Positions 10,009-20,700 of a stretch of 64,000 nt of DNA are shown piece after piece. Source of the DNA: Candidatus Latescibacterota bacterium. Lineage in GTDB: Bacteria; Latescibacterota; UBA2968; UBA8231. How positions within the stretch are numbered: the stretch's first letter is position 1; each line of letters starts with the position of its first letter. The position numbers and the translations under genes are program-made. The notes below the pieces were generated by a model. That model was given only the letters and a program-made list of their open reading frames with translations, had not been told where the DNA came from and searched no databases. Location: contig OZ241867.1 in NCBI GenBank assembly GCA_965203175.1, forward strand, positions 6,144,001 to 6,208,000, written 5' to 3'.

Positions 10009-12147
10009 GTGCGAATCGATATATTCTTTCGCCTGCCAGCGATCCTAATGGCCTTGGCGCTGCTGTGCAGCAGTAGCCTTTCCGCCCAAGACCTCTCGCG
10101 TGCCACTATCTCTAGCTGGCCCACGACTACGTATTATCTCGGCTTTTTCGAATTTGCAAGCAAAACGGACGGTCAGATCCAGATTGTCGCTGGGGGCCAC
10201 TATACCCTCTATCTCAACGGCGATATAGTAGGTAGCGATCAGGGGCCTGACGCGGCACAATCCTACGAAGTTTCCTTTAAGCGCCGGGTAAATCACGTAG
10301 CCGTAACCGTCCAACACGATGGCCGGCAGAGTCCGTACGGACTGTTCTGCGTGCTGAATGGAGGAGAAGAGCATTTTGTCAGTTCGCCCACAGATCGGGT
10401 CAATCCCTGGTTCTGGACCGGCACCCCGCTTCCCAACGAGGAAGATGCGGATTGGATGACCATCCGCCAGAGGGATTTAGGGGATTACGAGGAAAACGGT
10501 GCAGCCGTGCGCTGGCAGCCCGTTCAAGCCGGCAGTCTCGATCCGGGTATCTATGCCGAGTTTGCGGACTTGGATCTGACCAGGAACTGGAGTATGGCAG
10601 GGTTCGCCGGTGGCCTAGCCGGCCATCAAGGCGGATTGCAACTGCGCGATTTGGCCGGCCAGAATATGGCCTTCAATACGCTGTCGACCGAGCCCAACAT
10701 GGTGGACGGCAACCTCAGCACTTCAGTGAATTTTCGCAAGGGAGCCGGTGCGCTTTTACAGAGTGTTGAAACTGATCTAGGCCGCCTTTTCTCCATTGAG
10801 CGGGTGCGGGTAATCACACAGCCCCCTTCGAGTAGAAACAGTTATGAAGATCTTTCGCTGCGCGGGTATAGCATTCTAGTGAGCAAGGACGGGGTCGGAT
10901 TCCTAGAAGTCGGATCGCAAAATCAGATTGCCACGTTTCAGGAGAGCGAAGTGGTCTTTCCACCCGTTCCCGCCCGCCACGTGCGCCTGACTATCACCGA
11001 GTTTTCCAATCGCAATGCTGCGCCGCGGGTGGGCGAGCTAGAAGTCTACGTTCAAGGGCTGGATCAGCAGGGCACATACCGGTCTCCCCCGCTGAATCTG
11101 GGCACCGATGATCTGAAGAATTTTGAACGAGTCCAATGGTTCGGCCAAGTGCCGTCCAACGCGGAAATGAGTCTGCGCTTTCGCAGCGGCGACGATGGCC
11201 AAGTCTGGAGCACCTGGTCGGACTGGTCGCCGGATCTCGACAGACCGCTGGACGTCCCCGAACCGCGCCGCTTCCTGCAATTCGAATCCCGCCTTGCGAC
11301 CCAAGCGTTGACGGAGGGGCCAGTGCTAGACAGCCTAGTTGTCTTCTACGACAGCGGGCCCATCCCGGCCACTCGGGCAGCGGCCTCAATTTTGCCGCTG
11401 CGCACTTCGATTGGCGTGGATACGCTTTTTACCTATACGCTTGAGTTAGACATCGGGGCCGATGATGCCGGGATTGGACGCTTGGCGATTATAACCCCGT
11501 GGCCGGCCAGTCTGGACAGGAACGATGTTCAAGGCCTAGGTGATGCTGGCATTGCCGATGTGGTGGCCAGTAATGACTCCCTAGTGTTGGTCTTCGACCC
11601 GCCTATCACCTCCGAAACCGGCACTACGGAACTGGTCATACCCTTCACTACCCGGCTGCTGGCGGCTAGCCACGCCTTCCAAGGATTGCTTTTTCCGCCA
11701 GATGCAGTTTCCTCGCTGCGGGTCCAAAAGCGCGAGGGCACCGATCCAAATACTGGATTGGCGTATTCCATTACCGCCTCGGCAACCGATTTCGCTATCG
11801 CTATCCTCGACGATGTGAAGGCCTATCCTGCAGCCTTCACGCCTAATGGCGACACCATCAACGACGAAGCCACTTTGGGCTTTGTTTTGGGGCGAGTGAA
11901 TGATGCCCAGGTCCACTTTGAAATCTACGATCTGGGCGGCCGCTTGGTCCGCACTCTCCCTGCACACAAACTCAATGCCGGGAACTATGCGCCTAGAGAT
12001 GGGCTCGACGCGAGTCTGCCTGGTCGCTGGGACGGACGCGGAGATGACGGCGCAGTACTGCCGCCCGGCTTGTACGTGTTTCGCGTTGTCGTAGATCTGA
12101 AACCCGACAAAAAAGTGGGAACGGGCGTTATAGGCCTAGCCTACTGA
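10009..12147 (+). CDS. Secreted discoidin-domain protein with C-terminal FlgD-Ig / type B-like CTD
   Basis: Signal peptide ends LSA-Q. MVDGNLST...ETDLGRLFSIERVRV...ARHVRLTI. C-terminus FTPNGDTINDE...IYDLGGR...WDGRGDDG...PPGLY...GLAY. Confidence 0.8.
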   Translation: MRIDIFFRLPAILMALALLCSSSLSAQDLSRATISSWPTTTYYLGFFEFASKTDGQIQIVAGGHYTLYLNGDIVGSDQGPDAAQSYEVSFKRRVNHVAVTVQHDGRQSPYGLFCVLNGGEEHFVSSPTDRVNPWFWTGTPLPNEEDADWMTIRQRDLGDYEENGAAVRWQPVQAGSLDPGIYAEFADLDLTRNWSMAGFAGGLAGHQGGLQLRDLAGQNMAFNTLSTEPNMVDGNLSTSVNFRKGAGALLQSVETDLGRLFSIERVRVITQPPSSRNSYEDLSLRGYSILVSKDGVGFLEVGSQNQIATFQESEVVFPPVPARHVRLTITEFSNRNAAPRVGELEVYVQGLDQQGTYRSPPLNLGTDDLKNFERVQWFGQVPSNAEMSLRFRSGDDGQVWSTWSDWSPDLDRPLDVPEPRRFLQFESRLATQALTEGPVLDSLVVFYDSGPIPATRAAASILPLRTSIGVDTLFTYTLELDIGADDAGIGRLAIITPWPASLDRNDVQGLGDAGIADVVASNDSLVLVFDPPITSETGTTELVIPFTTRLLAASHAFQGLLFPPDAVSSLRVQKREGTDPNTGLAYSITASATDFAIAILDDVKAYPAAFTPNGDTINDEATLGFVLGRVNDAQVHFEIYDLGGRLVRTLPAHKLNAGNYAPRDGLDASLPGRWDGRGDDGAVLPPGLYVFRVVVDLKPDKKVGTGVIGLAY

Positions 12148-12185
12148 AGCGTGTAGGTCAATGCGTTTGCGGTCGTTTGCTGTTC

Positions 12186-12218
12186 ACCCGAGATATCTCG
12201 GCGGGTAATTATTTTTTT
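12186..12218 (+). terminator. Possible terminator/attenuator or operator palindrome
   Basis: Perfect 14-bp palindrome CCGAGATATCTCGG (12188-12201); alternative stem ACCCG/CGGGT; T-run follows. Confidence 0.35.
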
Positions 12219-12268
12219 GCCTCGTGTCCCGCACAAGACTCGAGCATTGGGCCACTGTAATTCACGTT

Positions 12269-14962
12269 ATGAAACGTGCACCTATGCACCATACTCTCAG
12301 CTATGCCCTTAGCGTTCTTTGCCTGCTGCTAGCGGTTGGCGCTGACCTAGTCGAGGCCCAATTTCTATCGCGGGACTATCGACGCTTGTGGGCCAATGAG
12401 CTGTTTGAAAACTACGGTGCATCGGGCTATCGCGACTATGACCTAGAAGATGAGAATCGCCGCTTCGACCTATTTGGCAACCTACTGATCGATGGCGTCG
12501 ACGTAGTTGAGTACAGCGAAATTCGCCGCGACGCGCCTGGGATTAGGGGCAGTTTTGAATCCCGCAATGCGCGCTACGATCGCTTCTTCCAGAAGCTGAT
12601 CATCGCCAACGAGGGCTTCGGTTCCTGGTCTACCCGCCTGATAATTGGAGACCACATCCGCACCTTTTTCACTCCGATGACCTTGAATCTGCCTAGCTAC
12701 AGCGGCATTCGCTGGGACGGCTCTTCTCGCAAAAGTCGTTTCAGCGTTATTGGCACGCATCTTACCGATCCGGTGCTCGCGTCGGGTTTAGGATCCCTCG
12801 AACAAAACGCAACCCAACGCCGGATCTTTGGTACGAGCCTGTTCGGCGGACACTGGGAGAGCCAGATCGGCGATATCCTTACGATAGGCTCCACCTATGT
12901 CAACGTGCACCGCTTTGACGCCGAAGCCAATGCCAAAACCAACAGCTTGCGAGGCACTGTGCCTCAGGTGATGCAGGACGGCTTGCGCAAGGTATTCGTT
13001 TTTATTAGCGACGATGCACCGTACAGAGGTTCTGGTGCCGAAGTACACCAATTGGACATGTTCGTAAACGACATCCCTGTACTGCCTGTGCGGGTGGGCC
13101 GGATCAACAACCTGCTCGAACACCTCCCAGTGACTACGGATTTGAGCAGCACGATTCTGTTGCAGCCACACGAAATCGGCTATTTACGCCGCAACCGCGA
13201 CTGGCTGCACGCAGTGGTCGATGCCAGCAATACGCCTTTTTTTCGTTCTCTACTGGCTGGTATTACCCAGGACGTAGCCCCCGCGACGCAAGCTGCTCCC
13301 CTTAGCGCCCACGACACGGACGTTATCTATTATGAATATGTCGTGCCTGATACGGTGAGCCGGATCGATTTCAGTGCCGTCGTGGCCAATGACTACAGCG
13401 TCGATGTGGTCGGAGCCGTACAGGTGCCGCTACTGGCACCGGGAGATGACGATTTTTACTACGATTGGCACAATGCGGCACGCGCCGCCGGCCAAGCCGG
13501 CCAGCGCAGCAATTTGCGCCAAATCCAATTCAACTACGGTTTTCCCACTGGCCTCTCGCTACTAGGTCTTAATTTTGCAGCCACCTTTATGGGCTTTCAA
13601 CTGCAGGGAGAACTCGCCCGCAGCACGACCTTTTTCAAGGTGCCCGAAGCCCAAGGCAAGCGCTACAAGCGCGAAAGTTCAATGTATTACGTCAACATGC
13701 TACGTCCTGTATACGACCGGGCAGAGGTGGGCTTCGAGTTGTTCGACGTGCCGCACGACTACACCACAGATTTCTCTTTGTTTTTTTCTTCAAAGGTAGG
13801 CCCCACTGTCGGCGGCCGACTCTACGATTCGTTCGCACTAGTCGAGGATAACGACGACCTAGACGACTGGCCCGACCGGGTAGAGCGCAACGATCCATTG
13901 GCACCGTATTTGAGCGCCAGCGGCCAAGGCCACGGCGTGTATCCCGGCTTCGATCCTGACGGTGACGGCGTCCTCGATTTTAATCTAGACCTGGATCGCG
14001 GCTCCGACGCTACACAGCCCTTTATAGGCTACTACGCTGAACTGCCTAGCTTGGTTTTCGGTGATGATTTCGACAACAACGGCATCGTCGATTTTCGCGA
14101 AAACGACAATCTACCCGATTACCTATATCCAGTGGACCATCGCGGCTTGCATGGTTTTGTCTCGCTGCAACCTACTGATCGCACCCAGTTGCGGCTGGGC
14201 CTATACCGGGTGCGTCAGCCGGCCCTAGGCACGCGCAACCACTCCCGTTATTTGGAAACTCAGTACCAGCGCGACTGGAAAGATTGGGGCTATGTGCGCC
14301 TTAGTTACCGCATTAAGCGGACGCGAGACAACATCCAGAATACGACCTTTTTCCCCACTTCCGATACCACCTTAAGCCCGGACCGACTAGAAAACAGGAA
14401 CAGCCTCAGCAATCAGATCTTTTTTGAGGGAGATCTGACAACTCTGCCGGCGTTGAACATACGCAATATCATCTCCTTTACCCACATCGACCTAAAGGGA
14501 CAAATCCTAGCCGATCCCGTGGCAGCCAAACCGGGCACGATGACCCGTTTTGCCATGGTGAACAAGATCGACTACACCATAAACCGGGGACGTTTCAGCA
14601 TTTTCCCCCAATTCAAGCATATCTACCAGCGGCACAAGTCGCCCGAACTCCAGATCCCGGATGCCCAGAGCCGCTGGCTCATGCCCATTCTGCGCGTGGA
14701 CTATCGGTTGACAGCCAAAACCATGCTCAAAACAGGCATCCAAGGCTTGCCCTTTTGGCACGAGCGTTTTCTCGATGCGGCCCGTCCAGAGAGCGAGTTT
14801 ACGCGGCTGACCTACACGGCATTTTTCCAAAACAAGAGCAATTACCGCGGCTACGACCTGACCATACTGTTGGGAACCTATCATACGACTAAGAAATTCA
14901 CCGGCTCGACCCGGCCCAAAGACGGTTTTCTGGAATATTTCTTTAGGGTCTATATTGGCTAA
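12269..14962 (+). CDS. Large exported hypothetical protein, probable outer-membrane beta-rich protein (paralog 1 of 3)
   Basis: Signal peptide ends VEA-Q. Amphipathic strands; Ca-binding-like DNDDLDDWPD, DPDGDGVLD, DFDNNGIVD; ends YFFRVYIG. Start uncertain (12224/12269/12284). Confidence 0.7.
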   Translation: MKRAPMHHTLSYALSVLCLLLAVGADLVEAQFLSRDYRRLWANELFENYGASGYRDYDLEDENRRFDLFGNLLIDGVDVVEYSEIRRDAPGIRGSFESRNARYDRFFQKLIIANEGFGSWSTRLIIGDHIRTFFTPMTLNLPSYSGIRWDGSSRKSRFSVIGTHLTDPVLASGLGSLEQNATQRRIFGTSLFGGHWESQIGDILTIGSTYVNVHRFDAEANAKTNSLRGTVPQVMQDGLRKVFVFISDDAPYRGSGAEVHQLDMFVNDIPVLPVRVGRINNLLEHLPVTTDLSSTILLQPHEIGYLRRNRDWLHAVVDASNTPFFRSLLAGITQDVAPATQAAPLSAHDTDVIYYEYVVPDTVSRIDFSAVVANDYSVDVVGAVQVPLLAPGDDDFYYDWHNAARAAGQAGQRSNLRQIQFNYGFPTGLSLLGLNFAATFMGFQLQGELARSTTFFKVPEAQGKRYKRESSMYYVNMLRPVYDRAEVGFELFDVPHDYTTDFSLFFSSKVGPTVGGRLYDSFALVEDNDDLDDWPDRVERNDPLAPYLSASGQGHGVYPGFDPDGDGVLDFNLDLDRGSDATQPFIGYYAELPSLVFGDDFDNNGIVDFRENDNLPDYLYPVDHRGLHGFVSLQPTDRTQLRLGLYRVRQPALGTRNHSRYLETQYQRDWKDWGYVRLSYRIKRTRDNIQNTTFFPTSDTTLSPDRLENRNSLSNQIFFEGDLTTLPALNIRNIISFTHIDLKGQILADPVAAKPGTMTRFAMVNKIDYTINRGRFSIFPQFKHIYQRHKSPELQIPDAQSRWLMPILRVDYRLTAKTMLKTGIQGLPFWHERFLDAARPESEFTRLTYTAFFQNKSNYRGYDLTILLGTYHTTKKFTGSTRPKDGFLEYFFRVYIG

Positions 14963-14977
14963 TATGGGCGGAATCAC

Positions 14978-17767
14978 ATGAGATTATCGGCTACATTGGT
15001 CCTAGCAGGAGTGATATGGTCTGCCGCTGCCGAAGCACAGCTACTATTCAGACCCGGCGAGCCCTATATCAACTATGCGTACGAAAGTTACCGCAGCTAC
15101 GAAAACCTCATCTTTGGCCGGGACCGCACGCCTCAATTCGACCCCTTGGGCCAGTTCGTGCTGAACGGGGCGACCGTGTTTCAACTACAGGAATTCCGCA
15201 CCATCCGTCCGGCCGCCGGCAGTATCATTGCCAAACCCAGGCTCTACGAGGCCTATCTCAATCGGCTAGTGATCGCCAACGATTCGTATAAAGGTGCCAA
15301 TTCACAGTTAATTGTTGGCGACCGGATTCGCACCAAGTACACCTCGCTGACCCTAGACCTGGCGGCGATGAACGGGATACGTTTGGACACTCATTTCAAG
15401 GGTGGTTCGGTGGTGCTAGCCACATCCAGAGTGGACAAACCTATTTTTGAATCTGTGCTCAACGCCGACCACAGAATTCACGGCACCGAAGGCTCTGAAT
15501 TCCGGCCGCGTTGGAGTACGTATCTGATGTCGGGGGACGTGCGCACTCAATTGCCAGGCCTAGATATGGGCTTGAGTTGGGTCAACCAATATCGCACGGA
15601 CAGTTTTAAAAAGCTTAGCGAAAACAGCTTCAAAGGCACCCTGCCCACAACGGGCAGACCGCCGGAGTGGATTGTGGTGCGCGTATCGGCTCAAGGACCC
15701 GAAGACAATGCGGGCGTACGGGTGGTTCCGCCGGTGCTAACGCTCAATGGACGCCAGATTACCCACGTGTTGGGTCCTTACGACAAGCTAGACACCGAAA
15801 CGCTGACGCTGACGGTTACAGAGCACGAAGATCGGACCATCATTCCGCCCATAACGCGCGACACCAGTAACGATCTTATCATCGATCACCCTCATATCGA
15901 ACCGACACCGCAGGGCTTTTACGAAACCCGAGGCCGGAGCAGTTTGCTATTCTGGTTTAAGGTGCCAGCTTTTTTTGCGGACAACGGCGACACCGTCATC
16001 GTCACCAAGACATATGCCAGCCTAGACGTGGCCGGCGACTACGCGATCGAGCTATCCGAGGTTTTTGACGGCCTCTCAAGGAATCCGGCGACCTATTTCT
16101 ACACTGCGGCCCAGTCGCGCGGCAGGCCAGCTAACCTCAACGACTTCAAACGAGTGCGGGTACATTATGGCCGCCAGACAGGCCGTACTCTTGCCAGCGC
16201 CCATCTAAACTGGGACATTCGCGGCTTCTCACTGAATACCGAATACGTGCGCAATTTCTCGTACCGGGCCTATCCATCTCTAGTAAGTACCAAGAATCGC
16301 CATATGTTAGACCAAAGCCAAGCTTGGTTTGCCGTTTTACGCCGGGATTGGGATAGGTTCAGTATCGGCGGCGAGGTATTTAACGTAGATGGTGAATACT
16401 CCACTGTCTTGACAGTACAGGACGATGATTTCAGGAGTTATTCTGGTTTTCTCACCAGCCCCTTTCAGTTCCCCAATAACTATCACGAACCGCGCCTGCC
16501 CACGTTTATTGGCCCGAACATAGCAGATCAGACCTATACACTCGAATTCAATACCGTGGACGACAACGACGATAAGGACCAGTTCCCCGACTCGTACTTT
16601 CTTCGCCGGACGACAAACCTAGCGACCGGAGGCCGCTTTATCGAAGATCCCGATGGGGTATTCCCGGGACTCGACGCCGATTTGAATGGCCGTCCAGATA
16701 TCAATGAGAACAACAACCAGATCCCCGACTACTTTGAGCCTTTCTTGCTCTACGATGTCAACCCCGACGCCTTCGAATGGGGGGACGACACCAACAACAA
16801 CGGCAAGATCGACGAGCGCGAAAATGACGAAAAGCCAGACTATCCGTACGATGCAGATCGCCGCGGCTTTCACGGTTTTACAACCCTTCTTCTGACCAGA
16901 GCCGTATCTGCAACGCTGGGCCATCACAATACCTGGGCACCTTTCGGGGGCGGTCGGGCAACATCCACCTATGGCAAGGTTGAGTATCGTCGTCGCATCC
17001 CCTTTCTGGTAGACTTGTATGCAGTAGAACGGCTCAAGCGCGTACAGGACGACATTGCCGACGACGTGTTCGGTCTCAGGCGCAGCCCTATCTATTTCGA
17101 GCCCGACGTGATCCCCATCGTAGCGCTGACGGACGAAGAGATTTTCAATCCTCTGGGCGAGGCCGAATTGCTGCAGGATCCGCTGCTGATGCAAGATAGC
17201 TGGGTGAATACGTTTTTTACGCGGACCCGTTTGATATGCGTCCCCAACCTGAATGTAGAACTAACAGTCAAGTACGAGAATAACTTTCAGCAAAGCACTT
17301 CCCTGCAAGCAGACAACAGGATATCCGATCTAGCCACGGTCTTCAAAGCCGACTACCTGTGGAATCCGTGGCGCGAACTGCGGGTAATTCCGCAGTTCAA
17401 ATGGCTGCGGCAACGCTTACAAGACGATGAAAACGCGCTCTTGCCGATCCACGAGAATTTTCTCTATCCCATTTTGCGGCTGGAATATCCGCTTTCCTCT
17501 CGCACGACAATAAAATTGGGAGCCCAAGGCTTTTCGTTTTTCACCAGCAAGTACCGCAATGAATTGACGCCGGAAGCGAATTTTGATTCCGCAGTGTATC
17601 TGCTGCTGTTGAGCAACAATTCTACCTACGTCGGTTATCAGCTCAACCTCAATCTGGGATATGAGAAACGCGTGCGAACATTCCTGGACCAAAAGCGCAG
17701 TATCCAAGATATCGATTTCTCGCGCCTATTCCTGCGCCTGATTGTCGGGTTACGGCCTTTGTATTGA
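14978..17767 (+). CDS. Large exported hypothetical protein, probable outer-membrane beta-rich protein (paralog 2 of 3)
   Basis: Signal peptide ends AEA-Q. Shares RTKYTSLTL..GIRLD, DDNDDKDQFPD, FPGLDAD, RENDEKPDYPYD, NNSTYVGY with its neighbours. Confidence 0.7.
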   Translation: MRLSATLVLAGVIWSAAAEAQLLFRPGEPYINYAYESYRSYENLIFGRDRTPQFDPLGQFVLNGATVFQLQEFRTIRPAAGSIIAKPRLYEAYLNRLVIANDSYKGANSQLIVGDRIRTKYTSLTLDLAAMNGIRLDTHFKGGSVVLATSRVDKPIFESVLNADHRIHGTEGSEFRPRWSTYLMSGDVRTQLPGLDMGLSWVNQYRTDSFKKLSENSFKGTLPTTGRPPEWIVVRVSAQGPEDNAGVRVVPPVLTLNGRQITHVLGPYDKLDTETLTLTVTEHEDRTIIPPITRDTSNDLIIDHPHIEPTPQGFYETRGRSSLLFWFKVPAFFADNGDTVIVTKTYASLDVAGDYAIELSEVFDGLSRNPATYFYTAAQSRGRPANLNDFKRVRVHYGRQTGRTLASAHLNWDIRGFSLNTEYVRNFSYRAYPSLVSTKNRHMLDQSQAWFAVLRRDWDRFSIGGEVFNVDGEYSTVLTVQDDDFRSYSGFLTSPFQFPNNYHEPRLPTFIGPNIADQTYTLEFNTVDDNDDKDQFPDSYFLRRTTNLATGGRFIEDPDGVFPGLDADLNGRPDINENNNQIPDYFEPFLLYDVNPDAFEWGDDTNNNGKIDERENDEKPDYPYDADRRGFHGFTTLLLTRAVSATLGHHNTWAPFGGGRATSTYGKVEYRRRIPFLVDLYAVERLKRVQDDIADDVFGLRRSPIYFEPDVIPIVALTDEEIFNPLGEAELLQDPLLMQDSWVNTFFTRTRLICVPNLNVELTVKYENNFQQSTSLQADNRISDLATVFKADYLWNPWRELRVIPQFKWLRQRLQDDENALLPIHENFLYPILRLEYPLSSRTTIKLGAQGFSFFTSKYRNELTPEANFDSAVYLLLLSNNSTYVGYQLNLNLGYEKRVRTFLDQKRSIQDIDFSRLFLRLIVGLRPLY

Positions 17768-17777
17768 GGTGCTCAAA

Positions 17778-20700
17778 ATGGTGTTTAGAGTACTTAGAAA
17801 TATCTTAACGGCGACAAAAATACTCTGGGTAGGTGCCTGTGGACTGGCGCTGCTGTTATTCTTGTGTACCGGTGCTTTTGCCCAAGAGGTTGAGGACTCG
17901 CCCGAACATCCCCGATTAGGTCCGCCGCGCCTGCTTTTGGACCAGCCCTATATAGGGCAATTCGGGCAGGAGTACTATCAGAACTACGGGTTTGAAGACT
18001 ACTCCAGACAACCCCCCACGACCAGCAACCTGCGCAACTTTTACAATTCACTGGGGGATCCGCTCCTGTACGGGACCGAGTCCATCCGCTGGGTGGAACG
18101 CCAAGGGTTGGGCGTGCGGCGCGGCTTCAGTTCCCAGTCAGAGCGTTTCTCGCATGGCCAAGCTCCCGGATCGAGTTATGGCAGTCTTTTCAATTATGTC
18201 ATTGTCGGCACCGACGGCACCGACGCTTGGCAGGCGCGGGCCATCTATGCCAACGAACTGCGCTCGAAATTTACGCCGCTCACATTTAAAATGGCCAATG
18301 TCGATGGCCTGAGAATCGACGTAGGTACGGAACAGGACAAGTTCTCGGCCATAGCCTCCAATTTGGTGCCCAACAATACTTTCATTGTCAATACCATGAT
18401 GCTGGGCACGCACTACGAACGCAAATTGGGCTTCCTCAATTTTGGCACCACCTTTCTCAACGCACACCAGTTCGAACCTCGCATGGAGAGCGGACACCGG
18501 ACACTTAAAGGCGTAGTAGGCGCAGTGCAGCGCTCGACCGCCCTAGTGGCCATCCGCATTTCGGATGGTTCGCCGCAGGACGGCAGCGGCGGTCCAGTGC
18601 TGCATGGGGTCAAGGTATTCGTCAACGGCATTCACAGGCCCGAAGCAGACCCCTTCGTCATCCGTCTGCGCGCGCGCGGCGCTGAGCGTCAAAGCTATAT
18701 GGCCGGTCTGCTGCGCAGCGGCGACCGTCGGCCTTTGCCGGAGTTGGACAACGACTACCAAGCCATCAATCGGGGGGCAGTATGGAACACCTACGATCCG
18801 TACATCAACTACGCCTCTTTTGACACCGATGTATTCTATCGGGGGTACGAGTTCCCCTTCTGGATTGATCATCTCTTCTACCGGGATTTCAAGCTCTACG
18901 GTGCCGATCATGTGCTCAACGCCGACGAGGAGATCAGCGTCAACTCCGAATTCGCCCACGAACTGAGCGAATTCGACCCCACGACCAACCCAGAAGGCCA
19001 GTTTCTCGGACTGCATACTCTGGCCGATCTACCACAGACGTTCGACGGTGAGGAGTACGGCATCCTCTATGTCGATCTGGAACCGTTCCAAGAACAGATC
19101 ACTTCGGTGAATATCGAACTAGCGCTGGCCAATGACTACCATGTCGAGGTGTCTGAGATCGACCTATCAGGCGAGGCCGGAGATATGCCCAATCCCAACT
19201 ACAGGGACCGCTACAATTATGCGACCTTTTTCCGCACTGTGGCCACAACACCGGGCAACCCGCAAGATGGCCGGGTTCGGACCGTGCGCGTCAAGGTGGG
19301 TGCCCCTACCGGCTTGAGCATCTATAGCGCCAATGTATACGGCGTTTTAAAGGGGTTTGAAATAAACGGCGAGTTCAGCCGCAGCAACAGCTTCTACCAA
19401 TATGCCAGCGGCATGCCCGCCCCGCGCGTACCCTCCGAAGCACTCAGCGTCAATGCCCTTAATCGCGAACAGTTTCCGGGGACCCGCTCCACCATCGCCG
19501 ACAATGCCTATTACTTGACGATTAAACGCGACTTCGACCGCTTGGGCTTGGGGGCTGAATTGTTTTCCATGGGCGCACTCTACAACACGGAGTTGCGTAC
19601 CTACATAGGCCGCAGTGAAAACAATTTCGGCAGCTTGGTTGCCTACAATAATGTGTACCTACACCGCCTAGTCGAGGACAACGACGACAACGACCGCTAT
19701 CCAGATAGTTGGTACACCAACAGACCGACCATATTCCAGGGGCAATCCGACATCGACGGCATCTTTCCCGGGCTTGATGAGGACCGAGACGGCATACCCG
19801 ATACCAACAGAAATTTCAATGGTACTCCGGATTACCTCGAACCGTTCCTCATGTACGATTCCGATCCCCAGGTCTACGACTACGGCCTTGATCTCAACCA
19901 CAATGACTTTATCGACGTACGCGAAAACGACATCCAGCCGGACCTCCCCTACGATCCCGGGTTGCGAGGCCGCCATCTGTACGGGACTTGCGAGCCCATC
20001 CACAGGGCGCGTATAACATTGGGAGTCATGGACGCGGAGCAAATTGCGGCCAATGACCCCAGCGATTTTTACTACGGCAATCTGGGATACGAGCGGCAGA
20101 TACCTGCGCTAGGTCAATTCTTTGGCGTGCTGTCGGTAGAACGAGTGGAAGATGGCGTAGCCGACCCCCTTAGCATCTACAGCGACGAGGTGCTCACCCC
20201 TGCCCAGCAACTTGATCGCGAATTTGCCGGTTTACAGCGCAATATACAGCTCTCCCCTTTCTTGGAGGAACCGCGAGACGATCCACTGCTGTTCAAGAAC
20301 AGCACCTACACCCGGATGTTCGTCGATGCCCGCTGGAAGGCCGTGCCAAACCTGAAAGTCCACAACAAAGTCAAGTACGAGATCAATTCGCAGCACGAAG
20401 GCGAACTCTACGATGGCACCTTCCAACAAGGCAATCGCTTGTCTCGTCTAACCATGGTCCACAAGGCGGATTACCTGTGGCAGATAAGGCCTCGACTCGG
20501 TTTATTTTCCGGTCTTAAGTTTCGCTATCTCAAAGAGCGGCAAAAAACAGATGACCTGACCACGGCGCAAGAGCGCCATATCATCCCGCTGCTGAAACTG
20601 CAGTACGAACTGACGCTGAGGACGCGTTTCCAGCTCGGTATTCAAGGGCTTGGCATGGCTTTGCCTTATTCTGTGACCGATGAAATACAGCCAATAAACG

